A DNA stretch of 64,000 nucleotides, from assembly GCA_052327205.1 (NCBI GenBank), contig CM126206.1:284580001-284644000 (forward strand), read 5' to 3'. The DNA is from Somniosus microcephalus. Lineage: Eukaryota. Below are positions 34,901 through 48,390 of the stretch, piece after piece. The notes beneath the pieces are model-generated. The model was not told where the DNA came from, searched no databases, and saw nothing but the letters and a program-made list of their open reading frames with translations. The translations under genes and the position numbers were made by a program. Positions within the stretch are counted from its first letter, which is position 1; each line of letters begins with the position of its first letter.

Positions 34901-36829
34901 AACTAGAGTTGTCAACCCTTGGCTGATCGTCGTTCTTAAGGGGATGGTAAGTCTACCGATACCATTTTGAGGCTGTTACCACCCCAATTGTGGCATGTTA
35001 AAATGGAGCTGCATATAGTGGCTCCACAAGCCCCAGCCAGACTGGAGATGATTGGGTAATTTCCCCATCAATCGCATCTGGACACCGCACTGCTGTAAGT
35101 GACTGGGATTGATTTTTTCACACATAATTTGCATGTAACTATCCTCCACTCACGGCATTTACTGGGAGACTTTGCTATAGTTTTGGTCATGAAGCCTGTT
35201 CATAGGGATTCTGTTTGCTGTTTGCTGAGCAAATAGACTCTGTTTGCTGTAAAATAGACTCTGTTTGCTTTAAGTCCTGCCATAAATCCTGCCCCGCCTT
35301 CATCTGACACAATGATATCAATACTCAAGTCTTTAAAATGGAGTCCCTTCAGTCAGCTAGGGAGCTCTTGAAAGAAATTCAAGAGAATTTTTAAATCATA
35401 AATCCTATTCAATTATTAGTAATTATAGGTTCACTTGTTGCTAGGAAATATTTTATTATTTGAGCTCTTAGTTTGGTACATGAGGGAGTTATTATTTAAC
35501 TCTCTACACATGAGTTGGTGATTTAGTTTGATTTATTAGATTTTCCTTTGACCTATTTAGCCTCTCTCTTCTCATTCTCTCTGCACCCCCTCCCATATGT
35601 TATATGGATTAAAACTGCTGCATTCTCCGTCCAAATCAAACACAGAGTTCCAAGTAGATCATAAGATCTAATTGTCCAAGAAACATCTGTCTTTTAAACG
35701 TTGATTAACCTTTGCAAAACAAACCTACAAAATAATGTTGAATTAATTTCCATTACCATCCCGTTGATGGTGCAGGATTATTTTGTTCCCTTTGACGTAT
35801 CTTTGGTTACAACATAGCAAACATTTACTTATACAACATATGGGTGGAAAAATAAAAGGTCTCTCGGCATGAGCAGATTGAATGTTATTTTAGTGAGGTA
35901 ATCGTAAAAATTCATAAGTATTTTTAAATGAATAGCTTCAAATACCATGCAGGAACCTGTGCTAGAATAGCCTGCTGATGTTCACTTGTCAAGGCCCAGA
36001 TGTGTGTAATTGTCACTTGTGGAAAGGTACCTCAGGGCAAAAGACGTCTGTGAAAGTGTGCCAACATCTTGAAACTCAACTGTGAGAGAAGCAGAAGCAA
36101 TCACTGGTTTAAACTAATAAAGGGCAAATTTAGGATCCGATGCCACAAGAACTTCATTTATATAGCACCTTTCATGACCTCAGGCTGTCAGCTGGCAAAC
36201 GTTCCTTTAAGGTCTTATGAGGGCGTACCGGACGGGATTCCAAGGATAGCCTGGGATCTCCCACCCACCCCCCCCCCCCGCACCACCTCAGGGGTGAGGA
36301 GAGTGGTTGGACCCGTGGAGGACTTGCCCTCTTCCCCCCACATTGGAATTTACCCTGCATTTTACATGAGGTGGAATCCTGGCCGAACTTGTTTCCATCC
36401 CAAGTTCTGGCCTCATTTGGCCAATTGATCAGCTCACTCTCTGCCTTGGTCCCAGATCGGAATCCTGGGGCCCTGTTCATTTTTTCCAGCACTGCTTCAC
36501 TCTCTTTCTCTTTCATGTTGTATCTGCAGTATGTATTTTTATTTCTCCTTTCTCCTCAGGTGTCCTTGGCTCACGCTATATTCCCCGGCTTAGATGAAGT
36601 GTTGACAAAATGTTCACAGACCTCAATGAATACTGTTCTTGGTGTGATTGCAGACATATGTAGGAAAGTGCCTATTTGTCGCGTGCTTTCCAATGCTCCC
36701 TTCCTGTGAAGAGGAGGCCTGGCTTCCATCAAGCACTGTAACCCAACAATGTGACTGAGATCACAATGTATGGAATGCTCAGCACAAACCCACAAACTTA
36801 ACACTAACATTCCTAACAGCATGTTTTTT

Positions 36830-37110
36830 AAATTCATTCTTGGGATGTAGGCATTGCTGGCATGGCCGGCATTTATTGCCCATCCATAGTTGCCCTGGGA
36901 AGGTGGTGATACAACTGAGTGGCTTGCTAGGCCACTTTAGAGGGCAGTTGAGAGACAACCATGTTAGTGTGGGACTGGAGTCACATATAGGCCAGACCGG
37001 GTAAGCACGACAGGTTTTCTTCTCTAAAAGACATTAGTGAATCAGTTGGGTTTTTATGACAATCCGACAGTTTCACGGTCACTTTTACTGATACCAGATT
37101 TTTTATTTCT
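36830..37110 (-). mobile_element. HE1-like V-SINE
   Basis: Reverse complement of the 18608-18915 family. Confidence 0.7.
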
Positions 37111-37188
37111 AGATTCTTACGACCTCAGGATATCCCAAAGTGCTTTGCAACCAATGTAGTACTTTTGAAGTATAGTCACTATTGTAAT

Positions 37189-37528
37189 GAGTGGGCCTTT
37201 GGCGTAGCGGTAGCATCCCCGCCGCTGGGCCAGAAGGCGTAGGGTTTCGAACCCCGCTCCAGACAGTCCCAGCAAGTGGAGTCGGAGCTCCGGCTCTAAA
37301 TTCTGGGTTGACATCCAGTGGGATACTTGCGTCTGTGGGTGTGGGTGGCCCCCCCCCTCATATGGGTTGTGGGAGCCTGTAAAACCCTCCCGCCATAGGA
37401 CTAACCACCCTAATGGCTGGTACGAAGATGGTTACGGTCACGGAAGGAGCGTTAATCGCGGCCAGAAATCCTTCCACCACTTCATACAGTTCCCCAAAGG
37501 GAACAGTATGAAGACACGTTAAACGACA
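37189..37528 (+). mobile_element. tRNA-derived SINE with an 11-bp TSD
   Basis: A box TGGCGTAGCGG, B box GGTTTCGAACCC, TSD ACTATTGTAAT (37178-37188, 37529-37539), 3' hairpin. Confidence 0.8.
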
Positions 37529-37734
37529 ACTATTGTAATCACAGAATCACAGAAACCCCACAGTGCAGATAGAGGCCATTTCGGCCCATCGAGCCTGCAC
37601 CGACACATATCCCACCCGATCCCCGTAACCCCTACACATATCCCACCCTATCCCCGTAACCCCACATATTTAATCCCTCTAACACTAAGGGTCAATTTAT
37701 CATAGCCAATCATCCTAACCCGCACATCTTTGGA

Positions 37735-38068
37735 AACGTGGCAGCCACTTTGTCCACAGCAAGCTCCCATGAACAGCAATGAGATTAATCTTTTTTTTTA
37801 GTGATGTTGGTTGAGGGTTTAAATATTGGCCAGGACACTGGGGAGCGCTCCCCTGCTCTTCTTTGGATAGTGCCGCGGGATCTTTTATGTCCACCGGAGA
37901 GGTTTAACATCTCATCCAAAAGATGGCACCTCTGACAGTGCAGTACTCCCTCAGTACTGCGTTGGGAATGTCAGCCTGGATTTTGTGCTCAAGCCTCTGG
38001 AGTGGGACTTGAACTCACAGCCTTCTGACTCCGAGGAAAGATGCAACCACTGAGCCACGGCTGACACC
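37735..38068 (-). mobile_element. Deu-domain SINE with tRNA head; its tail lies at ~37115-37188, split off by younger insertions
   Basis: Reverse complement of the 21955 family plus the head gggacttgaactcacagccttctgactc...accactgagccacggctgacacc. Confidence 0.75.
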
Positions 38069-38447
38069 GTCATTTTGTATCTAGCAGCACAATCCCAACT
38101 CTACAGACTTCAACTAGATGTTCAGGCTTTTACATTTGTGGGTAGCATTTCACACAGAGCCATCGTCAGCCGTTTAAGACAACAGAGATGTCACAATATG
38201 GTAGTTATTATGTGTTGCAGTATCTAGCCATGATAATTACAGTTAATCTTTGAACAAGTACTGCCAATGTGAGAGATTCAGACTATAATATGCAACATTT
38301 TCTGACTCATTGCCAAATTGCATCATTTTAAGTGCTGAAAATTGTTACTGTAAGTTTATACACTTTTCCAACGTGGTTCTTCCTCTCCCTCGAACAAGAA
38401 TTCAAGGCTCCAGCTGTTATAATAGCACAGCCTGTGTAATGGGGGGA

Positions 38448-38634
38448 GGGGGGAATTTTAACCTAACCCGCCCAGCCCGAAGCTGACAGGATCATATCAG
38501 TCGCCCTTTTTAACCCCGTCCATTTTACTTTCCGTGGACTTCAATGTAGAGTAAAATTGGATGGGGCTGTAAAACAGACAGTCGATCCGATTCCGTTAGC
38601 ATCCTGCCGGCCAGGTTAGGTTAAAATGACCCCC
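38448..38634. mobile_element. Short MITE (Harbinger-like ends)
   Basis: Imperfect ~21-bp TIRs GGGGGGAATTTTAACCTAACC / GGTTAGGTTAAAATGACCCCC. Confidence 0.6.
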
Positions 38635-39879
38635 TAGGAGTTCTATGCCAACTGAGGGTTAGGAGGTGTGTTTGTACCCACAATTAGCCACACTGTGAGT
38701 TCCCAATCTTACCTGTGCGCACTGAGTGGAAAACCAGTGCTTTCCACCAAAGAAGGATTGGTGAGGAAGTCAGACCAGCCTTCTCTTGTTCCTCCTCCTC
38801 AATAACCAGCTATAGCTTGACATTGTCAGAAGCCTGGGAGCAGGTTGGTAGGTGTTGTGAGATAGCGCAGGAGGTTAGTTATGCTTTCATCTCTGAGTCA
38901 GAAGGTTGTGGGATGAAGCCCCACTCCAGCGGTGGCCAGGATTGGGAGAGAGGTTGGCAGGCAGGGATCGGGGGGGGGGGGTTGGGGAGGAGGTTGAGGC
39001 CATGATGGTGGGAAGCAGTGGCTGGCAGTGGCCCACTTGGTTTTAATCTGGAGCCAGGAGGAGCACTCCTGCTCCTCCCATCTCCACAATCAGATATGTA
39101 TATTTTTAAATCTTACCTTCTGGCCTGCAGTGGTCCTTTTAAGGACTGCCTGTTTGGCCGTATGTAGACCATATTTTCCTGAACGGTGCTGGAAACTCAA
39201 TATTGAGGAGCATGTCTCAAGCAGGCATTAGTCTCCATATTTGCATAGGCTAAGGGCCTAATGCCTGTTATAGACACCGGTCCGGCACTCCAGTTTTTTT
39301 GCCTATACCAATATGGCGGGCAGCGCACCTCCAGCTCATAATGAACATATGCTTCCTACCCACCACATTGGAGGCTTAGGCGGCTGATTAACGCCTGCAA
39401 AACAGATACTGTGCGGTCGAATTCCTAGGCCAGTTTCTCAGTGAAAGGGTGGGATGTTGGATCGGGTGCTGCATCTCTGCAAGTGGGACTTGAAGGGGTA
39501 GAGCGCCTTTTGAGAACTGGAGCATTTGAAGGTTTGAGATAACTTTGGAGAAATGACAGTCTGTTAAAAAGGGATAAAGGAATAGAAAGATATGATGATA
39601 GGATGAGATGAAGTCAGGTGGAAGGAGCAAAAACACCTGCACAGACCGAATGACCTGGTTCTGAGCTGTAAATTCTGAGTAAGCATAACAATGCTTAGAA
39701 TGAACCAGAATGCATGATTTTTAATGTATTTTAATCTCCTAGGGCAGCTAGCTTCAGACTCTCCTAGAAATACACCAATTTTGTGTTTTTGACATCTGTA
39801 ATTTCCCCCCATCACATTTTCATGCGATGATGTGTTCTATTGCTCCAATATGTGAGGGAATGCTGACTGCTGCCACTCC

Positions 39880-40000
39880 CAGCCCATGGCCGGAAGTAGC
39901 GGGGAGGGGAAGGTGGCGCCGCCGCTGCGCGTGCTGGGATATGTAGTTTTCTATCAAATGACCAGCGAACTACGTCTCCCATCGAGCGCCGCGGTTTCCG
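39880..40000 (+). promoter_or_regulatory. EXOC3 CpG-island promoter with an ETS site and two oppositely oriented ZNF143/THAP11-type motifs
   Basis: CCGGAAGT at 39890-39897; TGCTGGGATATGTAGT at 39932-39947; ACTACGTCTCCCA at 39969-39981; CpG-rich; donor CAG|GTAAGA at 40097/40098. Confidence 0.8.
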
Positions 40001-40097
40001 GGCTGGCAGGGGCCGTGCCGTGCGCTGGCCTGGTTTGAATGTGAATTCCGTTTCATTCCTTTATTGGTTCCCCCTCTCGCGCTGCAGCTCCTGACAG
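40000..40097 (+). other. EXOC3: Probable non-coding exon 1 of EXOC3 (5' end approximate)
   Basis: Lies in the CpG island, ends at a strong donor GTAAGA; the ATG is in a downstream exon. Confidence 0.65.
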
Positions 40098-40169
40098 GTA
40101 AGAGGCCGTGTGAGGCGGCGGCCGGACCGAGCCGAGCCTGGGGCCTGTGGTGCGGCTCGGAGAGTCATT

Positions 40170-40815
40170 GTCATCACAGCCCCAGGGTCGGGCAGGCGGT
40201 GTCATCACAGCCCCAGGGTCGGGCAGGCGGTGTCATCACAGCCCCAGGGTCGGGCAGGCGGTGTCACTCCAGCCCCAGGGTTGGGCAGGCGGTGTCGCCC
40301 CAGCCCCAGGGTCGGGCAGGCGGTGTCACCACAGCCCCAGGGTCGGGCAGGCGGTGTCACCACAGCCCCAGGGTCGGGCAGGCGGTGCCACCCCAGCCCC
40401 AGGGTCGGGCAGGCGGTGCCACCCCAGCCCCAGGGTCGGGCAGGCGGTGCCACCCCAGCCCCAGGGTCGGGCAGGCGGTGCCACCCCAGCCCCAGGGTCG
40501 GGCAGGCGGTGCCACCCCAGCCCCAGGGTCGGGCAGGCGGTGCCACCCCAGCCCCAGGGTCGGGCAGGCGGTGCCACCCCAGCCCCAGGGTCGGGCAGGC
40601 GGTGCCACCCCAGCCCCAGGGTCGGGCAGGCGGTGCCACCCCAGCCCCAGGGTCGGGCAGGCGGTGCCACCCCAGCCCCAGGGTCGGGCAGGCGGTGCCA
40701 CCCCAGCCCCAGGGTCGGGCAGGCGGTGCCACCCCAGCCCCAGGGTCGGGCAGGCGGTGCCACCCCAGCCCCAGGGTCGGGCAGGCGGTGCCACCCCAGC
40801 CCCAGGGTCGGGCAG
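40170..40815. repeat. GC-rich 31-bp minisatellite, ~21 copies
   Basis: Unit GCCACCCCAGCCCCAGGGTCGGGCAGGCGGT. Confidence 0.98.
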
Positions 40816-41154
40816 TTCCACTGCTCCAGGACTTGGTATTTTTGCAGTCTCATAGCCTTGCAATCTGTTCTATTCCCCAAATCCAGCAATGTATATCATT
40901 GCAGTCTCAGGGCCTGGCACTGGGGATCATTACATTTCCAAGACCCGGCACTGGGTCCCATCAGTTCTAGTGTCGGGCACTCTGTGTCGTTGCTGCCCAA
41001 CATTATCGTGTTATTACTCACCCATGTGTTGTTAGTTGTTACTGTGCCAGGGTTAGTGGAGTGCGTTGTTAGTGTCCAACAATCCAGTGTCGTGTCAGAA
41101 TCTGAGTCCAGCACTGCCTATCCCTTTGGTCCCAGTGTGTTATGGCTAATGTAC

Positions 41155-41833
41155 CATAGAAACATAGAAGATAGGAGCAGGAGTAGGCCATTCGGCCCCT
41201 TGAGCCTGCTCCGCCATTCAATGAGATCATGGCTGATCATCCAAATTCAGTACCCTGTCCCTGCTTTCTCCCCATATCCCTTGATCCCTTTAGCCTTAAG
41301 AAATATATCCAACTCCTTCTTGAATATATTTAATGAATTGGCCTCAACGGCCTTCTGTGATAGAGAATTCCACAGGTTCACCTGGGTGAAGAAATTCCTC
41401 CTCATCTCAGTCCTAAATGGATTACCCCTTATCCTTAGACTGTGATCCCTGGTTCTGGACTTCCCCGCCATCGGGAACATCCTTCCTGCACCTAGTCTGT
41501 CCAGTCCTGTTAGAATTTTATAAGTTTCAATGAGATCCCCTCTCATTTTTCTAAACTCCAGCGAGTATAAGCCCAATCGACCCAATCTCTCCTCATACGT
41601 CATTCCTGCCATCCCAGGTATCAGCCTGGTGAATCTTCGCTGAACTCTCTCCATGGCAAGAACATCCTTCCTCAGATAAGGCGACCAAAACTGCACACAA
41701 TACTCAAGATGTGGTCTCACCAAGGCCCTGTACAACTGCAGCAAGACATCCTTGTTCCTGTACTCGAACCCTCTCGCTACGAAGGCCAACATACCATTTA
41801 CCACCTTAACCGCCTGCTGCACCTGCATGCTTA
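41155..41833 (-). mobile_element. CR1 LINE 3' fragment
   Basis: ORF 41247-41828, near-identical to the 18918 and 58098 copies; (catagaaa) tail. Confidence 0.95.
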
Positions 41834-42009
41834 GTGTACTGTATTCTAGTGTTGCAGTACCACGAGAAATACTGTACTATTAGAATGGAGATGGAATTCT
41901 GGGACGATACATTGGGAGCTTTTATGCGGCATGAACAGGTGGACAGTGCCTTGGTTTAATGTCTCAGCAGAAAGACGGCACCTCCCGACAAGTCACTCCT
42001 TCAGTACTC

Positions 42010-42412
42010 AGAATTTAGAAGAATGAGAGGTGATCTCATTGAAACTTACAAAATTCTTACAGGGCTTGACAGGGTAGATGCAGGGAGAATGTTTCCCCTG
42101 GCTGGGGAGTCTAGAACCAGGGGTCACAATCTCAGAATAAGGGGTCGGCCATTTAGGGCCGAGATGAGGAGAAATTTCTTCACTCAAGAGGCTGGTGAAT
42201 CTTGGTAATTCTCTACCCCCGAGGGCTGTGGAGGCTCAGTCGTTGAGTATATTCCAGACAGAGATCGATAGAATTTTGAATATTAAGGGAATCAAGGGAT
42301 ATGAGAATAGTGCAGGAAAGTGGAGATGAGGTAGAAGATCAGCCATGATCTTATTGAATGGCGGAGCAGGCTCGAAGGGCCAAATGGCCAATTCCTGCTC
42401 CTATTTCTTATG
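42010..42412 (+). mobile_element. CR1 LINE 3' fragment inserted in a SINE
   Basis: MRGDLIETYKIL... plus the CR1 tail. Confidence 0.9.
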
Positions 42413-45400
42413 TACTGCATTGAAGTGGCAGGTTCGTTTATGTACTCAAGTCCTGCAGTGGGGATTGAACCCACAACCTTCTGACCTTCGGAGGTGCAAA
42501 TGCTACCACTGAGCTGAGCAGGCATTTAGTAATGGTATCCTGTGCCATGCTGGTACTTAGTAATGGTACTTAGCAGAATTCCATCTCCATTTTCCCATTC
42601 TGATTGCCTGTCTATGATTTATATTACTAGTGGAGAATAACCACTGTTTAGCGACAGTTACTAACAAAATGAAACAACTTTTATTGTTTATAATTTATAT
42701 ATTTTGATTGGACAGGTTGGTAGGATGACGCTTTGTAATACCGTACCTGCTACCGATGTCAGTGTACACGTTTAATTTATTACATTATCTTTTAGTTTAA
42801 GAAATGGCTAATTACCATTTGTGATTTTTTTTTTTAAACTGATGAATGCTTTTGTAGCTTCAGTTGAAACCTCTTCTCATTACAAAATCAACTTCCTTTA
42901 CTTAGACCCATTCGAGGGGATTTTTCCAGTTTGAAGTGCCAACTATTTCCATGTATCAAAATTGTAAATGCAGTTTTGCTGTGGAATGTATTTGCAATCA
43001 GAAACTGCGTTCTCAATCAGCAGTGCAGGTAGTTGACGTAGGCAGCTGAAGTATTTCATGTCCCACAGTTCCAAGTTGATTCCTGCTGCAGATAAATTTT
43101 TGCCTGTCTTGGAAGAAGCACTTTTCTTTAAAAAGCGCGACTTATTTTTGCCCAATATCCCTTTCTGTCACAAGTGCGATCCTCACTCCCTGTGGCTCCG
43201 CACTTCAACTCATCCCCTGCCTGTCGTTCTGCCTTTTGCCTCCTATACTGTTCCAACCACATTCAACACAAACTTTAGGACAGCATCTTCTCTTTCTCAC
43301 TCTGCAACCCTCTCGTCTGAACACTCCCTTTAGCAACTTCAGGCTTAAGAAAATCCTAGCGTAAGAGATGGAGGAAAGTCGGGTGCGTGTGTGTGTTTAT
43401 ACATGTAATTACGTTATGTTGGAAATTCCTTGCTCTTTTCTGACGGTCTGTCACTCCTTGCGACCAAACACATTTCGGCTTATTATAATGGCTCTGCCCC
43501 CAGCTAACGAGTACGCGCAAATTTCTTGCAATTACGCTGGTTCAAAACAGGTGTAAAGTTAATTCCGAATTTTCGGCAGTTATTTTTCTGGTATTTTATT
43601 GTGATTTTTTTATTTGCAATTTTTAAAAAAATGTCGTCTCAGAGATCTCTGTATTTTCTGTTTCTTTGAATGCATTTTTATAGCATATAAAAATGCAATA
43701 TATGTCACATTAAAAATTGAAAAGTTTCCCCGATTGTATGTTCTTAAACATGCTGTGCCTAACGTGCATCAATGATGGTTCGATGGCTTAAAACTTTAAT
43801 TTTCATACTTAAAAAAGGAATATTACAAATGGCATCAGGGTAAAGTAGTTTGTAACATGCTTCTGCAACTGCCTAAGCTGGCAGCTCCTTTCTTCCCAGT
43901 GTACAAAGCCCCCACAAATAACAGAAGCATCCATCGGCCATACAGTATTCTCTCATTAGGATCCTATTCAATTGTAGCCTTCAAAAAGGAACTGGATAAA
44001 TACTTGAAGGAGAAAAAATGGCAGGGCTCTAGGGAGCGAGCAGGGGAGTGGGACTAACTGGATGGCTCCTTGACTGAGCCGGTGCAGACTCGATGGGCCG
44101 AATGGCCTCCTGTGCTGTACTAAGCTATGATTCTATGATTACGTGCTTCAGCGTGTTACTTGATGAGAAACCTAGGTGATGGGCCAAAGTCCGTGGTGCA
44201 GTACAACACAAAGATTAAAAAGTTAGGAGAGAAAATGGTAAATGGTAAACCAGCGATTCGTGGCTTTTGGGCTTGGGTTTTAAAAGCAGGAAGACTGGAG
44301 GTGGGAAGGAAGGTAATGAGTTACACCGTTTTGAGGTTTTGGTAAAGAATGAGTTTGAGGAGGAGATGGTATGATGTGCCTTGATTTAGACACCGGGAGG
44401 ATGCAGGGAGGTGGAAGAGTGTGCAGCACAGCACATTCAGAGCTTGGAGGAGCAAGAGAAGGAAGTTCAGAGGAGCACTGATCTTAGTAATGACACGTAT
44501 TTCAAACTGCAGCTATAATAGAGACACCTGAATTCTACATTAAACATTTTCAGTTTCTGTTTTTTCTAATGCAGGTTGTGTATCTCTGCCATCAGAATTC
44601 ACCCTTCAATTAACAGAAAGGTGAAGTAAGTACAACATATCAAACATCTTTCACTGTCTGATCTCGTCCCAAGCAGGGTTCTTTATAAAAAAAAAATATC
44701 ATATTGATTACCTTGAATTAGTCTCCAGGAGGTACTTAGATTTACTAAAGCAAACAGCACCTTAAAATGGTACCTTTTTAAAATGATTGCCTACTATTGT
44801 CACAATGATTTCCAGACTGAGTCATGGTGTGAATTTTTTGTCGTGAGCCATGAAAATGATCTAATAGCACAAACAAAGGTGTTTGAGAGAGCATTTTAAG
44901 TTGTATGATACCTGGATAAAGTATTGATTGTGGTAGTGGTGTGAGCAATTTAAGGTTAGGAGCAGAGAATCACATGAGAAGCGTATTGTAAATTAAATGT
45001 ACTGGTTTAAGTGAATTTTCCTATCTCATTGGAACCATTACACAAAATAATTTTAGTGATGATTCAGCACGGGGTTAGATATTGATTGTTGCACTGGATT
45101 ATAGAAGGCAAAAAAGTAAAACATTTCACCCACAAGGCATTGAATATAGCTACTTATGGTGTGCACATCCCTTTTAAGAATGGTCCCTAAGTGCTATTGT
45201 ACTTTATAATGCTACCTTCTGGATTTGAAAACAAGACCTTTTTTCTTTCCATAGTCTATTATTCTGTTCAGCAGATGCCCTTCCTCAACTGGAGGGTGGC
45301 GAGATTACAGTTAGCCTTATGTGAAAGTGGTGTGAGGTGACTGGACCATTTAATAAAAATATATATATAATTCCCTTGCTCTTTGTGAAGACGTTCTCTG

Positions 45401-46130
45401 CTTATGAACTTGCTGTGTAGGCAAGTGTTGTCTTGATGCCTGTATTTTACTCGTGTTGGAGGGGGTGAGAAATTTGGAGGGTTCTCTCCAACCACTATTG
45501 TGGCTGGCTACAAACTGCCATTGGCATAGAGTAGGAGAAGGTTGCCTGTCTGCACCTTTTGGCTAGTGAGTAGTGTGTATATTTTCTCAGCCAGGTATCT
45601 GATACACGCAGAAACCATCACCATGAGTCTCCCAATTCAAGTTGAGGTACCACCCCCTGTGGGTTCCAATATGGAATGCAAACTCTCCTCCCCATAAGGA
45701 CACATCCCACTTACCTGAGTCTAGACAGCTTAGGTGTAGGTTGGCAGAGCCAAGGCCGACGGTGTACAGGATTACTGCTGGACCGAGCTAAAGCCACCCA
45801 GTTTACCAGATTGCTTGTCCAGCTAGGACTACCCTACCCATTCAGGCTTGGCTTGTCAGGGTATCTGGATCCAACCTCGGGCTGGCTGGTCAATCATCAA
45901 CATTGATTAGAGATTAAAGGGAGCAGAATAAAATAACTGAAAATGGCGGGGTGGGCTAAATATAAATTAAAACAAAACATTTAAAGTCTGTCCCAATGTC
46001 AGGTTTTGTGATTTTTTTTTTTCTTATTAAATTGGGAGGGGAGGGAGGAAGGATTTAAGTGTTATCTTACACAAATATCTTGCATGTTAATCCAAACGAC
46101 TTCAACACTCTTACAGTAAACATTGTGAAC

Positions 46131-46274
46131 ATGGAAGAAACTGACCGGGAAGCTGTGTCGACGGCCGTACAGCGGGTGGCTGGGATGCTGCAGCGACCTG
46201 ATCAGCTGGACAAAGTGGAGCAGTATCGCAGACGGGAGGCTCGGAAGAAGGCCTCCGTGGAAGCCAGGCTAAAG
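46131..46274 (+). CDS. EXOC3: Exocyst complex component 3 (Sec6), first coding exon (acceptor at 46117)
   Basis: [48 protein letters not shown]|GT; 144 nt. Confidence 0.98.
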
Positions 46275-46354
46275 GTCAGTATGCCAAAAGAGGAGGAAAC
46301 CACTCTCATGTTGCATCTGCACATTGCAAAGAAGGTGTCTCCCAACATGTTTTG

Positions 46355-46700
46355 TAAACATACAAATTTCTTACAGGGCTTGACAGGGTAGATGTAGGGA
46401 GGATGTTTCCCCTGGCTGGGGAGTCTAGAACCAGGGGTCACAGTCTCAGAATAAGGGGTCGGCCATTTAGGACTGAGATGAGTAATTTCTTCACTCAAGA
46501 GGGTGGTGAATCTTTGGAATTCTCTACCCCAGAGTCGTTGAGTATATTCAAGACAGAGATCGATAGAATTTTGAATATTAAGGGAATCAAGGGATATGGG
46601 CATAAAGTGGAGATGAGGTAGAAGATCAGCCATGATATTATTGGATGGCGGAGCAGGCTCGAAGGGCCAAATGGCCTACTCCTGCTCCTATTTCTTATGT
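46355..46700 (+). mobile_element. CR1 LINE 3' fragment
   Basis: Similar to 42010-42412. Confidence 0.9.
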
Positions 46701-47568
46701 TGCAATGCCACATACGCAATAACTTCACTAATAATTAGTCAATCTCCTGTGTCATTGCACACGGAGAGACAAGACTTCAAGTGAAGGGTGGGTGATAGTT
46801 GGACCAGGGTGCACAGAAATAATTCGGCGCACATTTTCAAGTCATTCATTCTGTCTTTATTTTTATATTTCCACATTTGCAATGGAAACTGCCTATGTAA
46901 ACTTGTCACACTGCAAATACACTGTCCTGATAGTGGGAGCACTGCAGTGCCTCCACTGGAGGTGGTGTAATTGCAGTGTGAGAAGTTTGCCTAACAGTAT
47001 CCATTATAAATGTGGACCTAGTCATTTATAATGGATAACATTGACAGAAAATAACTACAAGTGCAAGACTTTTAATATAGATATTTCTTAAAGCTACTCT
47101 TAAGTAAAATGTCAATTGTAACAGGCTGGGTTCTCTTTGTTAGATTTCAGTCGTGTTTTCTAATATCTATTACTAAATCTAAATCTATTTCCTAACTTAA
47201 CTAATATTATATATGGCACCAAACTTCTTTCCCATTTAAAATATATTTTGAGTGGAAAGATAATGTTCAAAATAATATTTCAAAGTAAACATTGAGAGTA
47301 ATTTAATTCAATTGTTGTACTGAAGGATTTGATTTTTTTTAGGTACATGCTTTTAGTAATTACATCAAAACCCATTCAGTGACTATTTGCATGCATTAAT
47401 TAGTTTGTGAAAATTGTCATGACGTTACTTCTAACTGCTGCTGGCACAAACTGCTTTAATTATCTTTAGTTTAATTCACAATAAGACCAATTTTTAAATG
47501 CGCTAGGCTGATTTCCATTTTGAGGAGTCTACCATATCTTTGCACCCACTGGATCATTGGTACTTAAT

Positions 47569-48390
47569 GGGCTAGAATTTCCCAGGGCCGTGGAGGCAGG
47601 AATGGAGGCGTGTGGGGTGTTAAAATCGCGAAATCGGGGGGCACGGACCCATCCCACCTCCATGCCTGTTTCCCAGGAGGCGGGTACCCGACCTGTGCTG
47701 GGAGCCGCCTCCCCGAGGCGGGAAGGGGATTAGTGCCAATTAATTGCCTGTTAACAGGTAGTTAACAGGCAGTTTTTAGCCTAATCCCTATTTTTATCCC
47801 TGAAATGTGGGCTGTCCGACGGCTCCAAACCACGCCAAGTTAGCGAGGCGGACCACCGGGCTGAAGGACTTGGAGGGTTCGAGATGTCCGGTGTTCAGGT
47901 GAGTGATGGGTGCATGAGTGCAGAGGTAAGTGTGTTTGGTGTGTGTAAAGTGTTTAAATAAGTTTTACTTACTAATGCAGGCTTCCTTCCTTCAGGTCTC
48001 GGGAGTCCCTCAGCCCACCGGCACAGAAAGCAGAATAGCTGCGAGCTGTCAAAAGTTGCAGCCTCTGCTTTCTGTTCTGGAGAGATCTCTAAATCAGCCT
48101 GAGAGGAAGGAATTAACTTAGAATACAGATTGTCAGTGTGTGACAGCTTCAAAGAGCTGTCAAACGCTGATATTTCATCTGTCAAAAGCTCTTGACAGAT
48201 GGAATGTCAATCTGTGATGTCACCTGTTGCCGGGTGGCCCTTAATTGGCCTGCTGAGCCCGCTGGGCAGGCTCAACAAGGTCAATCAAGGGACAATCGAG
48301 TGGGTTGACCACAACTCGATGGAGGCGGGACTACAACCCCAAAAGTGGGAGTCCCGCCTCCTACTCGCCTCCATTGATAAAATCCAGCCC
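47569..48390. mobile_element. Non-coding PIF/Harbinger MITE
   Basis: Ends GGGCTAGAATTT / AAAATCCAGCCC; 3-bp TSD AAT on both sides. Confidence 0.85.

Noticed and set aside
36371-36837. Short ORFs with splice-like signals between AHRR and EXOC3
   Set aside because: No recognisable homology or consistent exon phase.
37189-37262. tRNA gene
   Set aside because: A and B boxes are present, but the sequence continues into a 340-bp body flanked by a TSD, so it is a SINE head.
40170-40815. Possible CRISPR-like array (also considered for 56713-56940)
   Set aside because: Contiguous tandem units with no unique spacers, eukaryotic context, no cas genes.
40064-41445. Long ORFs in all six frames
   Set aside because: Artefacts of the stop-free 31-bp minisatellite.
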